A DNA stretch of 64,000 nt from Minisyncoccota bacterium (GCA_018062445.1 JAGOSG010000002.1:60674-124673); one strand, 5' to 3'; shown: positions 52,263 through 61,887, numbered from the stretch's first letter. Notes: generated from the sequence alone by a model not told the origin. Numbers and translations are program-made.

Positions 52263-52436
52263 TCAAGCCGAAAATGGAATCTCTATACCCCACTCTTTTA
52301 GTCGAGCTTTTGCGTCAGCTATTTTTTCCGCCAAACTTTTTTTAATATCTTCAGAAGAACGACTAACATTTATCCTTATATCTGGATAACCACGCCTTCC
52401 CAGTCCATCTTCTCTTAATCCTTCATTGTATGTCAT
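52263..52436 (-). CDS. candidate small protein (57 aa), unannotated in the ORF track (<60 aa)
   Basis: Manual translation: MTYNEGLREDGLGRRGYPDIRINVSRSSEDIKKSLAEKIADAKARLKEWGIEIPFSA*; 37 nt downstream of the argS stop, same strand. Confidence 0.2.
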   Translation of the reverse strand: MTYNEGLREDGLGRRGYPDIRINVSRSSEDIKKSLAEKIADAKARLKEWGIEIPFSA

Positions 52437-52472
52437 ACCAATACATACTACTGAGATTATAAAAAAGTTTCA

Positions 52473-54173
52473 CTACATCGCCTCAGGGGCACGGATACCT
52501 AGAATAGTGAGACCATTTTTCATCGTCAACGCAAATGCCTGCGTTAATGCGACCTTGTAAGGAGACAGGGTATCTGTAGAATCAACAATTTTTCCTGCTG
52601 CATACCAACTATTGAATGCGGAAGCGAGCTCTGTCAAAAATGTAGTTATGTGATGCGGTTCACGCTCCATTTGTGCTCGCTCTACTATTTCAGGAAACCG
52701 GTAGAGTACTCGCTCCAACTCGCTAACCTCAGGAATGAGTTCACTGATTTGATATATCAAATCACTTGCAAGCGCGGGTATTTTTTCTGCCCTCGCTTTT
52801 CGAAGAACTGCTTGCGCTCGCACATAGGAGTACTGTAAATACGGGCCTGAATCACCTTCAAATGAAAGCGATGCCTCAGGGTCGAAAATAATATTTTTTC
52901 CTGTCGACTGCTTCAAAATGGAATATTTAATCGCAGAAACAGCAACGGCATCCGCGACATCGCGTTTTATTTCTTCAGACTCAAACGCACGCCCCTCCAT
53001 TTTTGCTAACGCCTTGGCGCGCATATCTTCTATCAATGATTCGCCTGTTATGATGTTGCCCTTTCTTGATGACATCTTTCCGCTCGTTAGCTGCATCATG
53101 CCAAACGCCGTGTGCGTGTACTTCCCTGCCATATCAGGCCACAATTCTGCCATAGCAGCTTCTACCACTTTGAAATAACCATCCTGCTCCACTGCGATTG
53201 TCGTCACATTAAGATCAAATGGGAACGACTGTTGTTTCATCTGAGCCAATCCCAGCTCTTTTGCTTCATAGGTTGGTGTTCCTTTTGAGGTGACAAACAC
53301 ACGGGTATGAAGTCCTACTTTTTCTCCCTTAAACACTATTGCTCCATCACTCTCTTCAAAAATTCCACGGACTTTCCCTTCTTCTACAATCTTAAGACCG
53401 ATACGCCACGCATCGCTTTCAAAAAAATACTTGTCGAATTTTGTTCCAAGAACCAGATATAAGTCCTCAAAGTGTGCGAGTGATGCTTTGCGACCTTTGT
53501 CATATACATCCTGAAGTGATACATCGCCTTCGTAGAGTCTTTTATTAATTGAATCAATCTCGGCTTTCGAGGCAGGGTCGTCTTCATAGGCGGTATTTCC
53601 AATAACATATGCGTCACCGAGGTCTTGAATACTTGAAGGATCAAGGTTATTTTTCTGCAATCCCCAAATTCCTTTTGCCACATGAGGCCCAATGTCTCCT
53701 TGATAGTTAGCGCGATATATATCAGCGCCCGACCACTCAACAAGACGGGAAATAGCTTCGCCAACGGTAGTCGACATCAGGTGCCCAATGTGGAAAGGTT
53801 TAAAGGGATTTGGCTGTGAGTACTCAACAATTATCTTCTTTCCTTTCAAGGTTGCATTACTACCCCACGACTCCCCGCTCTCAGTAATTACTGAGACACT
53901 TTCAGAAAAGAACGGGCGTGTGAGATGAAAGTTAATGAATCCAGCTCCTGCCGTCTCTATCTTCTTAACTCCCTCTATTACCCCAAGGCTTTTCACAATC
54001 TCATCCGCAAGCGCGCGAGGATTCTTCCCAGCTTTTTTTGCAACAGCGAGTGCAATGTTCGTTGAATAATCCCCGTGAGACAAATCCCCTGGGTGCTCCA
54101 ACGCAACCACACCCTCAAGTCCGAGAATCTTTAATGCCCGTTGCAGTGCTTCAATAATTCGCTCAGAAATCAT
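52473..54173 (-). CDS. argS: arginyl-tRNA synthetase
   Basis: N-terminus MISERIIEALQRALKILGLEGV... (ORF-track start at 54248 probably 25 codons too long); PFHIGHLMSTTVG (HIGH); C-terminal DALR anticodon-binding domain (...DALAVSAIKYSILK...). Confidence 0.9.
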   Translation of the reverse strand: MISERIIEALQRALKILGLEGVVALEHPGDLSHGDYSTNIALAVAKKAGKNPRALADEIVKSLGVIEGVKKIETAGAGFINFHLTRPFFSESVSVITESGESWGSNATLKGKKIIVEYSQPNPFKPFHIGHLMSTTVGEAISRLVEWSGADIYRANYQGDIGPHVAKGIWGLQKNNLDPSSIQDLGDAYVIGNTAYEDDPASKAEIDSINKRLYEGDVSLQDVYDKGRKASLAHFEDLYLVLGTKFDKYFFESDAWRIGLKIVEEGKVRGIFEESDGAIVFKGEKVGLHTRVFVTSKGTPTYEAKELGLAQMKQQSFPFDLNVTTIAVEQDGYFKVVEAAMAELWPDMAGKYTHTAFGMMQLTSGKMSSRKGNIITGESLIEDMRAKALAKMEGRAFESEEIKRDVADAVAVSAIKYSILKQSTGKNIIFDPEASLSFEGDSGPYLQYSYVRAQAVLRKARAEKIPALASDLIYQISELIPEVSELERVLYRFPEIVERAQMEREPHHITTFLTELASAFNSWYAAGKIVDSTDTLSPYKVALTQAFALTMKNGLTILGIRAPEAM

Positions 54174-54856
54174 ACTTTCGCCATCATACCTCGCTAAAGC
54201 ATGCCACAAAAAGACTGCACTCTCACCTCTGGAACCAACCAAGAACACAGGAGGGTTTATCGTGACTTACGACCCCAGCTATATTTATTTTTGATTCGCC
54301 AGGCAATATCGATTTTCCGCATCCCCTGCATACTGGGCAATGCTCGACACGAATACCTGTTGATTTTTCTTCTGAGGACCCAATCATTCCTAGAAGCATA
54401 CTGAAATTCAACTTGGTAAGTGGCCACTCTACAATGACAGGGAGTTGCCCATGATTTTTTTCTTTCATATTTTTTTTTTACTCTTGTACATAATAAGTTT
54501 GGAGATCTTTTATCTCACATCGAATTTCTCAACAGTTTCTTTGACCATCTCCTGTAGCTTCTTAATCACCCCTTCTTTACCTATTTCCCTAATAAGCTTA
54601 GCTATTTCAACAGCATAGAAGGTGATTTCAAGTGGAGGATTTTCTTTGTTTTGTTGTTCCATAGTTTTAGATTGAATGTGTAAATAAGAAAAAACAGCCT
54701 CGTTTGAGACTGTTTGGGAAATTTCGTTATGTACAAAAACTCGCAGACAATCTCAAACAGAATGTCTACGGCGACGCACCTGAATTAATACAACATGTGT
54801 ATTCATAGAATTAATACTAACAACCATTTTAGTTAAGTCAATAGCCGTAGATACCA

Positions 54857-54900
54857 CCCATACACATCCCTAATTCGTGCGAATTAGGGATGTGTATGGG
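54857..54900. repeat. perfect 21-bp-arm palindrome immediately downstream of the GNAT gene
   Basis: CCCATACACATCCCTAATTCG-tg-CGAATTAGGGATGTGTATGGG; no flanking T-run. Confidence 0.5.
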
Positions 54901-54910
54901 TGAGAAAAAA

Positions 54911-55297
54911 TTAAAGTATTTTTAGGAGGGCAAACTTTTCATTGTTGAATGTTCCGAAGCCGTGCTTATCAAACAAAGCTGGTACACCTGTAACACTCAG
55001 AAGTTCATAAATATCTTTTTTCTTCGCGAATGCTATGCATGCATCAATCAACGCTGTTGCAATTCCTTTCCGCTGAAAATCTTTGGAAACCGCAAGACTT
55101 CTAATTTCACCGAGGCGCTTTGAATAAATCACCAGTGCACAACACCCAACTATCTTCCCGTCCTCTATGGCAACAAAAAATTCGCTCGCTTTCGGCAAAT
55201 GCTTTTGCAAAAGTGTATCGGGATATTCTTTGATGAGTTTCTTGATGCCTAGAAAATCCTTGAGCGACGCCCTTCTTATTTTCACGATGGTACTCAA
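54911..55297 (-). CDS. GNAT family N-acetyltransferase
   Basis: 128 aa; ...IVGCCALVIYSKRLGEIRSLAVSKDFQRKGIATALIDA... (acetyl-CoA binding Q/RxxGxG/A motif). Confidence 0.75.
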   Translation of the reverse strand: MSTIVKIRRASLKDFLGIKKLIKEYPDTLLQKHLPKASEFFVAIEDGKIVGCCALVIYSKRLGEIRSLAVSKDFQRKGIATALIDACIAFAKKKDIYELLSVTGVPALFDKHGFGTFNNEKFALLKIL

Positions 55298-55300
55298 CGC

Positions 55301-56560
55301 TTATACAAAGGACTCAGGAATAGGAAACTGCCCCGCAAGCTCTTTTACTTCTTCATGCACCGCACGCTTTGTATCCGCACTATCTTTATTTTTCAGCGTT
55401 TGAATCATGAGCTCAGCAACGCGCGCGCACTCCACCTCTTTAAATCCACGAGTCGTTATTGCGGGAGAACCAAAGCGTATACCAGATGGGTCGAGAGGCT
55501 TCCTCGTATCCCCTGCAATTGAGTTCATGTTGAGTGTGATACCAACTTCATCCAAGACCGTCTGTGATTCTTTCCCTGTCACTCCCAAAGAGCCAAATAC
55601 ATCCGCAAGAATTAAATGATTGTCTGTACCTCCTCCAATCATACGCACACCTTCACGCCTAAGCACATGCTCCATTGCTTTAGCATTTTTCAAAATTTGC
55701 TCTGCATACTCTTGAAATGCCGCTGTTCCCGCCTCACCAAACGCAACCGCCTTCGCGGCAATCGTGTGCATGTGAGGTCCCCCTTGAATGCCTGGGAAAA
55801 TTGCTTTATCTATTTTGGTTGCGATTTCCTCGCTTTCACGCGTGAGAATAATGCCACCACGAGGCCCTCTGAGTGTTTTGTGTGTCGTTGAAGTAATAAT
55901 GTCGAAGCCGTCATCAAAGGGATTGCGGAGTGCCTTGCCAGCAATAAGGCCGGCAATATGTGCCATGTCTGCCATCGTTATTGCCCCCACTTCATGCGCA
56001 ATATCAACAAACTTTTTGTAATCGAGTGTGCGTGAATATGCACTGAATCCTGCAAGAATAATTTTAGGTTTCGTTTCAATTGCAACACGGCGGAGCTCAT
56101 CATAATCTATCTCCCCTGTTTCGGGATCTTTCATTTTGTAGGTAACAAACTTGTACACTTTCGCAGGCAATGTCATTGGGTGTCCATGCGTAAGATGTCC
56201 GCCGTGTGACAAGTCCATACCAAGAACTGTGTCACCAGGATTCAAAAGTGCAGCGTATACCGCTAAGTTTGCAGGTGCCCCCGAGTGAGGTTGTACGTTC
56301 GCAAATTTACAATTAAAAAGCGCCTTCACGCGTTCAATAGCGAGACGTTCCACAATATCCGTATACATCTGCCCTCCGTAGTAACGCTTTCCTGGGTATC
56401 CTTCTGAATATTTGTTTGTAAATACTGAACCATTCGCTTCAAGAACCGCACGGGATACATAATTTTCAGAAGGAATAAGCTCTAAGCCCTCTTCCTCTCG
56501 CTTTTGTTCGCCCGCTATCGCTGCTGCTACTTCTACGTCCTGTTTTTCTATGTATGCCAT
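55301..56560 (-). CDS. glyA: serine hydroxymethyltransferase
   Basis: 419 aa; ...GYPGKRYYGG..., ...TTHKTLRGPRGG (PLP-Lys), ...ANVQPHSGAPAN.... Confidence 0.95.
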   Translation of the reverse strand: MAYIEKQDVEVAAAIAGEQKREEEGLELIPSENYVSRAVLEANGSVFTNKYSEGYPGKRYYGGQMYTDIVERLAIERVKALFNCKFANVQPHSGAPANLAVYAALLNPGDTVLGMDLSHGGHLTHGHPMTLPAKVYKFVTYKMKDPETGEIDYDELRRVAIETKPKIILAGFSAYSRTLDYKKFVDIAHEVGAITMADMAHIAGLIAGKALRNPFDDGFDIITSTTHKTLRGPRGGIILTRESEEIATKIDKAIFPGIQGGPHMHTIAAKAVAFGEAGTAAFQEYAEQILKNAKAMEHVLRREGVRMIGGGTDNHLILADVFGSLGVTGKESQTVLDEVGITLNMNSIAGDTRKPLDPSGIRFGSPAITTRGFKEVECARVAELMIQTLKNKDSADTKRAVHEEVKELAGQFPIPESFV

Positions 56561-56564
56561 TGTG

Positions 56565-57296
56565 TTATTTCTTACCCTTAATAACTTTTAAAACAGTGTC
56601 ATAAATTTGCTCATGTATCTCTTCTCTCGGAAGAATACCATTTTTGTTTCCGCACTCAATCTTCTTCCAATTTCCTTTTTGGCTAATAAGTTTTAAGGCG
56701 CTTTTCTGCGCTGCCTCAAGATACTCTGCATCCCCTTCTACAATATCCTTTCCTCTGTGGGCATAGCGTTTTTTATCCTCTCGATCCTTATTCTTCAAAA
56801 GCTTCAATACCTCTTTCATGGGGAGATGGAGGTACACAATCAAATCAGGTCGCGGGAGCCCAAATACTCCATGCTCCATGGTGTCGAGCCACTTTAAAAA
56901 TGCGCGACGCTTCTTCGCGTCATTTATTTTTCCTCCCTGATGGAGCTGATTCGCCGACACATAACGATCAAGAACAACGGTTTTCCCTTCTTTGAGCCAC
57001 TTTTCCAATTTTTCTTTGGACTCAAAGCGGTCAGCTGCATACATAACTGAGGCAATGTATGGATCAATATGCAAAAAATCACCGTACTCTCCTGTGAGCA
57101 TTGCGCCTATAAAGTGCCCAAAGAAATTCTTGTAGTACTGAGGGAAATCGAGAGTCTCTATCTTCATTCCTTCTCGCTTTAACCGCGCAACCAAGAGCTT
57201 TGTTTGTGTTGCCTTACCTACCCCGTCGGTACCATCTATGACTATAAGTCTGCCCTTTTTACTCTTCATTATCCCCAGTATATCGTGAGCTTTCAT
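56565..57296 (-). CDS. tmk: thymidylate kinase
   Basis: 243 aa; P-loop LIVIDGTDGVGKATQ, DRY-like ...VLDRYVSANQL.... Confidence 0.85.
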   Translation of the reverse strand: MKAHDILGIMKSKKGRLIVIDGTDGVGKATQTKLLVARLKREGMKIETLDFPQYYKNFFGHFIGAMLTGEYGDFLHIDPYIASVMYAADRFESKEKLEKWLKEGKTVVLDRYVSANQLHQGGKINDAKKRRAFLKWLDTMEHGVFGLPRPDLIVYLHLPMKEVLKLLKNKDREDKKRYAHRGKDIVEGDAEYLEAAQKSALKLISQKGNWKKIECGNKNGILPREEIHEQIYDTVLKVIKGKK

Positions 57297-57302
57297 TTTT
57301 CC

Positions 57303-57336
57303 CCTAAACGCTATACGCTATACGCTATACGCTCTC
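57303..57336. repeat. tandem octamer (ACGCTATA) x 3 forming the entire 42-bp tmk/thyA divergent intergenic region
   Basis: cccctaaACGCTATACGCTATACGCTATACGCTctcatATG. Related AACGCTA motifs at 13410-13440, 47671-47700, 47789-47808, 60677-60708, 62529-62540. Confidence 0.85.
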
Positions 57337-57338
57337 AT

Positions 57339-58166
57339 ATGAAGCAATACAATAACCTCCTCAAAAAAGTTTTAGAAGAAGGTGCCGACCGTGAGACTCG
57401 AAATGGTAAAACGCGCGCACTCTTCGGTCTTCAGATGCGCTTCAACATGGCGGATGGATTCCCTGCAGTCACTACTAAAAAACTTGCATTCAAAGCAGTG
57501 AAGAGCGAACTTTTATGGTTCATCGAAGGCTCGAATGATGATAACCGTTTGAAAGAATTAAATAGTAGCGAACGCACCATCTGGACTGACAATGCCGAAG
57601 CTCCGTACTGGGCACCAAAAGCAAAATTTCCCGGCGACCTAGGCCGGGTTTATGGAGTGCAGTGGAGAAAATGGCAAGGGCCAAACGGTAAGGTCGTCGA
57701 CCAACTTGCAGAAGTCATCGAGAAAATAAAGACGAACCCGACTGACCGCAGACTTATTGTGTCTGCATGGAACCCAGGCGAACTCGACCAAATGGCATTG
57801 CCACCGTGCCATATGTTCTTCCAGTTTTTCGTAGCCAACGGGAAGTTGTCGCTTCTTATGCACCAACGCTCATGCGATATGTTTCTTGGTGTTCCATTCA
57901 ACATCGCTTCCTACTCACTCCTTTTGGCAATGGTGGCACAGGTTACAAATCTTGTCCCTCACGAATTCGTACACTCGCTCGGCGACGCACACATCTATCA
58001 CGATCACTTGGATGCAGTGAAAGAACAGCTCTCCCGTGAACCCCTCGCTCTCCCAACACTTAAATTAAATCCGGTCGTAAAAAACATCAACGATTTCAAG
58101 ATGGAGGATATAGAATTAGAAAATTATCAGTCACACCCTCCGATTAAAGCTAAAATGGCGGTATAA
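57339..58166 (+). CDS. thyA: thymidylate synthase (ThyA)
   Basis: From the internal Met at 57339: MKQYNNLLKKVLEEGADRETRNGKTRALFGLQMRFNMADGFPAVTTKKLAFKAVKSELLWFIEGS..., ...ALPPCHMFFQFFV (catalytic Cys), ...SCDMFLGVPFNIASY.... The ORF-track start at 57204 would overlap tmk. Confidence 0.9.
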   Translation: MKQYNNLLKKVLEEGADRETRNGKTRALFGLQMRFNMADGFPAVTTKKLAFKAVKSELLWFIEGSNDDNRLKELNSSERTIWTDNAEAPYWAPKAKFPGDLGRVYGVQWRKWQGPNGKVVDQLAEVIEKIKTNPTDRRLIVSAWNPGELDQMALPPCHMFFQFFVANGKLSLLMHQRSCDMFLGVPFNIASYSLLLAMVAQVTNLVPHEFVHSLGDAHIYHDHLDAVKEQLSREPLALPTLKLNPVVKNINDFKMEDIELENYQSHPPIKAKMAV

Positions 58167-58170
58167 AAAT

Positions 58171-58866
58171 ATGGCACTTTCTGACAAAAAAATCCTCGAG
58201 CACATGAAAGCGGGCACGGTCGTTATTGAACCGTTCCAGCGTGAAAACCTCGCAACATCAAGCTACGATGTAACTTTGGGCGAATGGTATTTTAAAGAAC
58301 AACCACCTCAAGGCCACAAGAAAATCTACAACGTATATAGCAAATCAGATACTGAAATAGTTTGGGATACGAAGCCTCGTCGTGCCAAAACAGCCAAAGA
58401 AGAACTCAAGAATTTCAACTTCTCATTTGATGGTATCCGCCCTGACGACAAAGTCATTTTAATGGAGCCAGGCGAAACAATTCTTGCTCACACACAAGAG
58501 TTCATTGGTGGGAAAGACACTGTCACCACAATGATGAAAGCTCGCTCTTCAATGGGTCGTAACTTCATCAATGTGTGCAAATGCGCAGGCTGGGGAGATG
58601 TGGGATACACCAATCGTTGGGTCATGGAAATTTCAAACGCATCACAGCACTACATAATTCCTCTTGTCGTTGGTCGCAGAATCGCACAGATAGTATTTTT
58701 TGAAACTGGACCTATTCTTGCAGGTGACTATACAAAAACTGGTAAATACCAAACAACTACCGATGTCGCGAAGCTAAAGAAAACATGGAAACCTGAAACA
58801 ATGTTGCCAAAACTCTGGGCAGACCGTGACATCAAAAAGCACCACCCATGGCACAAGCAAAAATAA
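58171..58866 (+). CDS. dcd: dCTP deaminase (dUTPase superfamily; possibly bifunctional dCTP deaminase-dUTPase)
   Basis: 231 aa; ...LMEPGETILAHTQEFIG..., ...ARSSMGRNFINV...AGWGDVGY...RWVMEISNAS...GRRIAQIVFFE. Confidence 0.75.
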   Translation: MALSDKKILEHMKAGTVVIEPFQRENLATSSYDVTLGEWYFKEQPPQGHKKIYNVYSKSDTEIVWDTKPRRAKTAKEELKNFNFSFDGIRPDDKVILMEPGETILAHTQEFIGGKDTVTTMMKARSSMGRNFINVCKCAGWGDVGYTNRWVMEISNASQHYIIPLVVGRRIAQIVFFETGPILAGDYTKTGKYQTTTDVAKLKKTWKPETMLPKLWADRDIKKHHPWHKQK

Positions 58867-59336
58867 TTGCCATTGCTGCGATCGGCAAGAATCGGGGTTT
58901 GGGTAAGGATAATAATCTTATCTATAAGATCCCTGAGGACATGAAACATTTTCGCGATGCAACACTCGGACATCCAATTATTAGCGGGCGAAAGAATTTT
59001 GAATCAATGGGTAGAGCGCTCCCTGGACGACCAACTATTGTAGTAACGCGGGATACTTCCTATGCATACGGAGGTGTCACTGTAGTGCACACAATCGAAG
59101 ATGCTATAGCTAAGGCGCGAGAGCTAGATCAAGAAAAAATTTTTATTATTGGAGGAGGAGAAATATACAAAGCGGCACTCCCCTACACTGACACTCTCGA
59201 CCTCACACTTATCGATGACGAGAAACCAGCTGATGTTTTTTTTCCAGACTATTCAGAATTCACCAAAGTGATTTCTGAAGAAAAAAAAGAGCACGAAGGA
59301 ATTTCGTACTCTTTTGTGATTTTGGAGAGAAATTAA
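58848..59336 (+). CDS. folA: dihydrofolate reductase
   Basis: 162 aa; IIAIAAIGKNRGLGKDNNLIYKIPEDMKHFRDATLGHPIISGRKNFESMG..., ...IFIIGGGEIYKAALP.... Confidence 0.85.
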   Translation: MAQAKIIAIAAIGKNRGLGKDNNLIYKIPEDMKHFRDATLGHPIISGRKNFESMGRALPGRPTIVVTRDTSYAYGGVTVVHTIEDAIAKARELDQEKIFIIGGGEIYKAALPYTDTLDLTLIDDEKPADVFFPDYSEFTKVISEEKKEHEGISYSFVILERN

Positions 59337-59345
59337 AAAAACTCT

Positions 59346-59573
59346 CTAGACAGTCAACGCCAAATGAATCACTTTGTGGCAGTGTCCGCACTCGAGAATA
59401 GAAACATGCCCTCCACTGCCCTCACCACCCTGAAACTCTTCAACCGCATTTGCAGTACCCCAATCGTGTCTTTCCCCTCTCCGGGCAGAACACATGGCGG
59501 TATATTCAGTGCGCCCCCTTTCTAAAGCCTTGAGAGAAATCTTCTGAGGAAAACGTTTTGGTTTTTCTGGCAT
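59346..59573 (-). CDS. hypothetical small protein (75 aa, His/Cys cluster CGHCHK); doubtful
   Basis: ORF only. Confidence 0.2.
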   Translation of the reverse strand: MPEKPKRFPQKISLKALERGRTEYTAMCSARRGERHDWGTANAVEEFQGGEGSGGHVSILECGHCHKVIHLALTV

Positions 59574-59921
59574 CTTTATATACTACAGCACAAAAATATG
59601 TAAGTCAATAACACTATTTAAAATCAGCTGGGAACGAGATTAATTCCTATCTACAAGTGACAAATTGCAGTTAATGCACTCCTTCCGTGCCTTAAGACTC
59701 AATGCGGGATGCGCACCAAAGTACCTCCACACATGTTTACCGTTCTCTGACCGTTTGCTTAGACATCTTGATTCAGATTCTTCACTTCGACCCCTTCGAA
59801 CACCTACCCCCGAGGCCTCATGTGCTGATAGATTCATATACTTAGCAGTAAATAATAAAGCTGACTAATCACTCTAATAACTACCCTACGTATATATAAG
59901 TACTCCCCAAAAGATGGCTCG

Positions 59922-60662
59922 TCAACTTCTCTCCCCTTCACCTTTCTGCCACCCTACATTTTTCAAAAACGGCTCAAAGAGGTCTTCCTCTATAGTGGAA
60001 GAAAAGGAATCAGTACTTACATACTTAGAGTCCCCAATGAAAGGAGCGTTCCGAATACGAACAATCGGGGTCTGCTCATTCGCCTCCCCCATTACAAATG
60101 ACGCAGTTGCAGCGAGTGAGTCCGGAATATTTGTCTGACTTCCTCCTGACGGAGTACCAAGAATATCAATGCGATTTTTGTTGCTGAATAGTGGTTCAAA
60201 TCCCGCCCAAGCGAGCGCAATACCTACAACACCTTTTCGAAGAAACACACTCCGAGAGTCCGTCATGATGAGATATAAATTTTTGATGTTGTATGTCCTT
60301 TTGAACCATTGCAAAAGCTCCTCGGCAGACTTCTGCGGATTTTCTGGCCAGAGAACATAGTATTGCCCTAATGGGTCAATCCCCGCTGAGGGTATAAGAA
60401 TACCGTTCGTGATGGTATGCACCACTGCACCATCCCGCATGTCTTCACGTGGGATATACCATTCGGCCTCTTTTTTAACGAGTTCGTCTTTCTTGGAAAA
60501 ATTACGCTCCACACACCTGCCTTCAGAAATTGAAACAACCTTTGAAGAAATTGCCACGACATCGCCCTCCTCGAGCGTGAGTGTCGAAGCTTTTATTTTT
60601 GAAAACAAATCGTCCTTTGGTGGCTTGAGGATATCAATAGAAAATGCGGTGACTTCCATCAC
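59922..60662 (-). CDS. CofE-like protein (F420-0:gamma-glutamyl ligase family, PF01996)
   Basis: 246 aa; GDVVAISSKVVSISEGR, ...IPSAGID..., ...IMTDSRSVFLRKGVVGIALAWAGF..., ...ATASFVMGEANEQTPIVRIR align block-for-block with archaeal CofE. Occupies the slot immediately after rplK. Confidence 0.65.
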   Translation of the reverse strand: MMEVTAFSIDILKPPKDDLFSKIKASTLTLEEGDVVAISSKVVSISEGRCVERNFSKKDELVKKEAEWYIPREDMRDGAVVHTITNGILIPSAGIDPLGQYYVLWPENPQKSAEELLQWFKRTYNIKNLYLIMTDSRSVFLRKGVVGIALAWAGFEPLFSNKNRIDILGTPSGGSQTNIPDSLAATASFVMGEANEQTPIVRIRNAPFIGDSKYVSTDSFSSTIEEDLFEPFLKNVGWQKGEGERS

Positions 60663-60712
60663 CGCATTGTGCCAAAGCTAAACGCTAAACGCTAACCCCT
60701 ATACGCTCATCA

Positions 60713-61132
60713 TTACTTCACGTCAATGCCCATCGAGCGAGCGGTACCAGCAATAATCTTCATTGCTTGCTCAGTATCTTTTGTATTGAGGTCTGGCATC
60801 TTCTTCTCAGCAATTTCCTTGAGTTGTGCCTTTGTTATTGAACCTGCTTTTACTGTTGGAACCTTTCCAGAGCCCTTCTCCAAACCTGCCCATTTCAAAA
60901 GAAGTCGTGATGCTGGAGAAACCTTAACGATGAAAGTGAACGAGCGATCGTCCATGACTGAGATCTCAACAGGGAGAATGTCGCCCATTTGGTCTTGTGT
61001 TGCAGCATTGAACTGCTGAACAAACTGACCGATGTTAACGCCAGCAGGACCGAGTGCCGTTCCTACTGGAGGTGCAGGCGTTGCCTTACCACCTGGAACC
61101 TGAAGCTTAATTTTCTTTACTACTTTTGCCAT
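60713..61132 (-). CDS. rplK: 50S ribosomal protein L11
   Basis: 139 aa; [37 protein letters not shown]... canonical L11. Confidence 0.9.
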   Translation of the reverse strand: MAKVVKKIKLQVPGGKATPAPPVGTALGPAGVNIGQFVQQFNAATQDQMGDILPVEISVMDDRSFTFIVKVSPASRLLLKWAGLEKGSGKVPTVKAGSITKAQLKEIAEKKMPDLNTKDTEQAMKIIAGTARSMGIDVK

Positions 61133-61147
61133 ATGTGTTGATGATAC

Positions 61148-61690
61148 TTATATTTTCTTAACTTGCAAAAAATCGAGCTCAACTGGCGTCTCGCGACCAA
61201 ACATAGACACCAACACCTTCACCTTACCCTTCTCCTCATCAATTTCGCCAATGCGACCCTCCAAATCTTTGAAAGGACCATCTGCAACAATAACAGGCTC
61301 GCCAACAGCAAAATCAATCTTATGTTTTGCAATATCGGTGGACATGCGCTTAAAGAGAATATTCATTTCCTCTTCTGTCAAAGGCACGGGAGTCACACCG
61401 GAACCCACGAAGCCTGTCACACGAGGAGTATTGCGAACAATGTACCAACTTTCATCGTCAACAATCATGTCGACCAAGATGTATCCAGGGTAAATTTTTT
61501 CTTCAACGGTATTTCTTTTGCCACCCACCACTTTAATTTTCTTCTCGGTAGGAATGACCACATTGAAAATCTTGTCCTGCATGTTCAAGGAATCAATGCG
61601 TTGCTTTAAGTTACGGAGAACAGCATTCTCATATCCTGAGTATGTGTGCACCGCGTACCAACCTCGTGTTCCTTCTGTTTGTTTTGCCAT
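61148..61690 (-). CDS. nusG: transcription termination/antitermination factor NusG
   Basis: 180 aa; NGN domain [14 protein letters not shown]..., KOW ...[45 protein letters not shown]. Confidence 0.9.
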   Translation of the reverse strand: MAKQTEGTRGWYAVHTYSGYENAVLRNLKQRIDSLNMQDKIFNVVIPTEKKIKVVGGKRNTVEEKIYPGYILVDMIVDDESWYIVRNTPRVTGFVGSGVTPVPLTEEEMNILFKRMSTDIAKHKIDFAVGEPVIVADGPFKDLEGRIGEIDEEKGKVKVLVSMFGRETPVELDFLQVKKI

Positions 61691-61695
61691 ACAGA

Positions 61696-61887
61696 TTATT
61701 TCTTAAGAAGGATAAGTTGTTCTAGTCCTAATGTGAAAATGAAATCAAAAGCCCCAAGCATAAGGGCGACCGCGATAGAAATAACGATGACGAGCAAGGT
61801 ATAGAGAATTGCTTGATTTCGAGTTGGCCACGACACATGCGTGAGCTCATTTCGTACTGCCTTGATGTATTCAATGAATTTTTTCAT
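61696..61887 (-). CDS. secE: preprotein translocase subunit SecE
   Basis: 63 aa; ...[37 protein letters not shown]... single TM; upstream of nusG. Confidence 0.8.
   Translation of the reverse strand: MKKFIEYIKAVRNELTHVSWPTRNQAILYTLLVIVISIAVALMLGAFDFIFTLGLEQLILLKK

Noticed and set aside
54223-54468. 81-aa ORF as a confident gene
   Set aside because: It overlaps the probable true N-terminus of argS (MISERIIEALQ... at about 54173); kept only as a low-priority candidate in findings.
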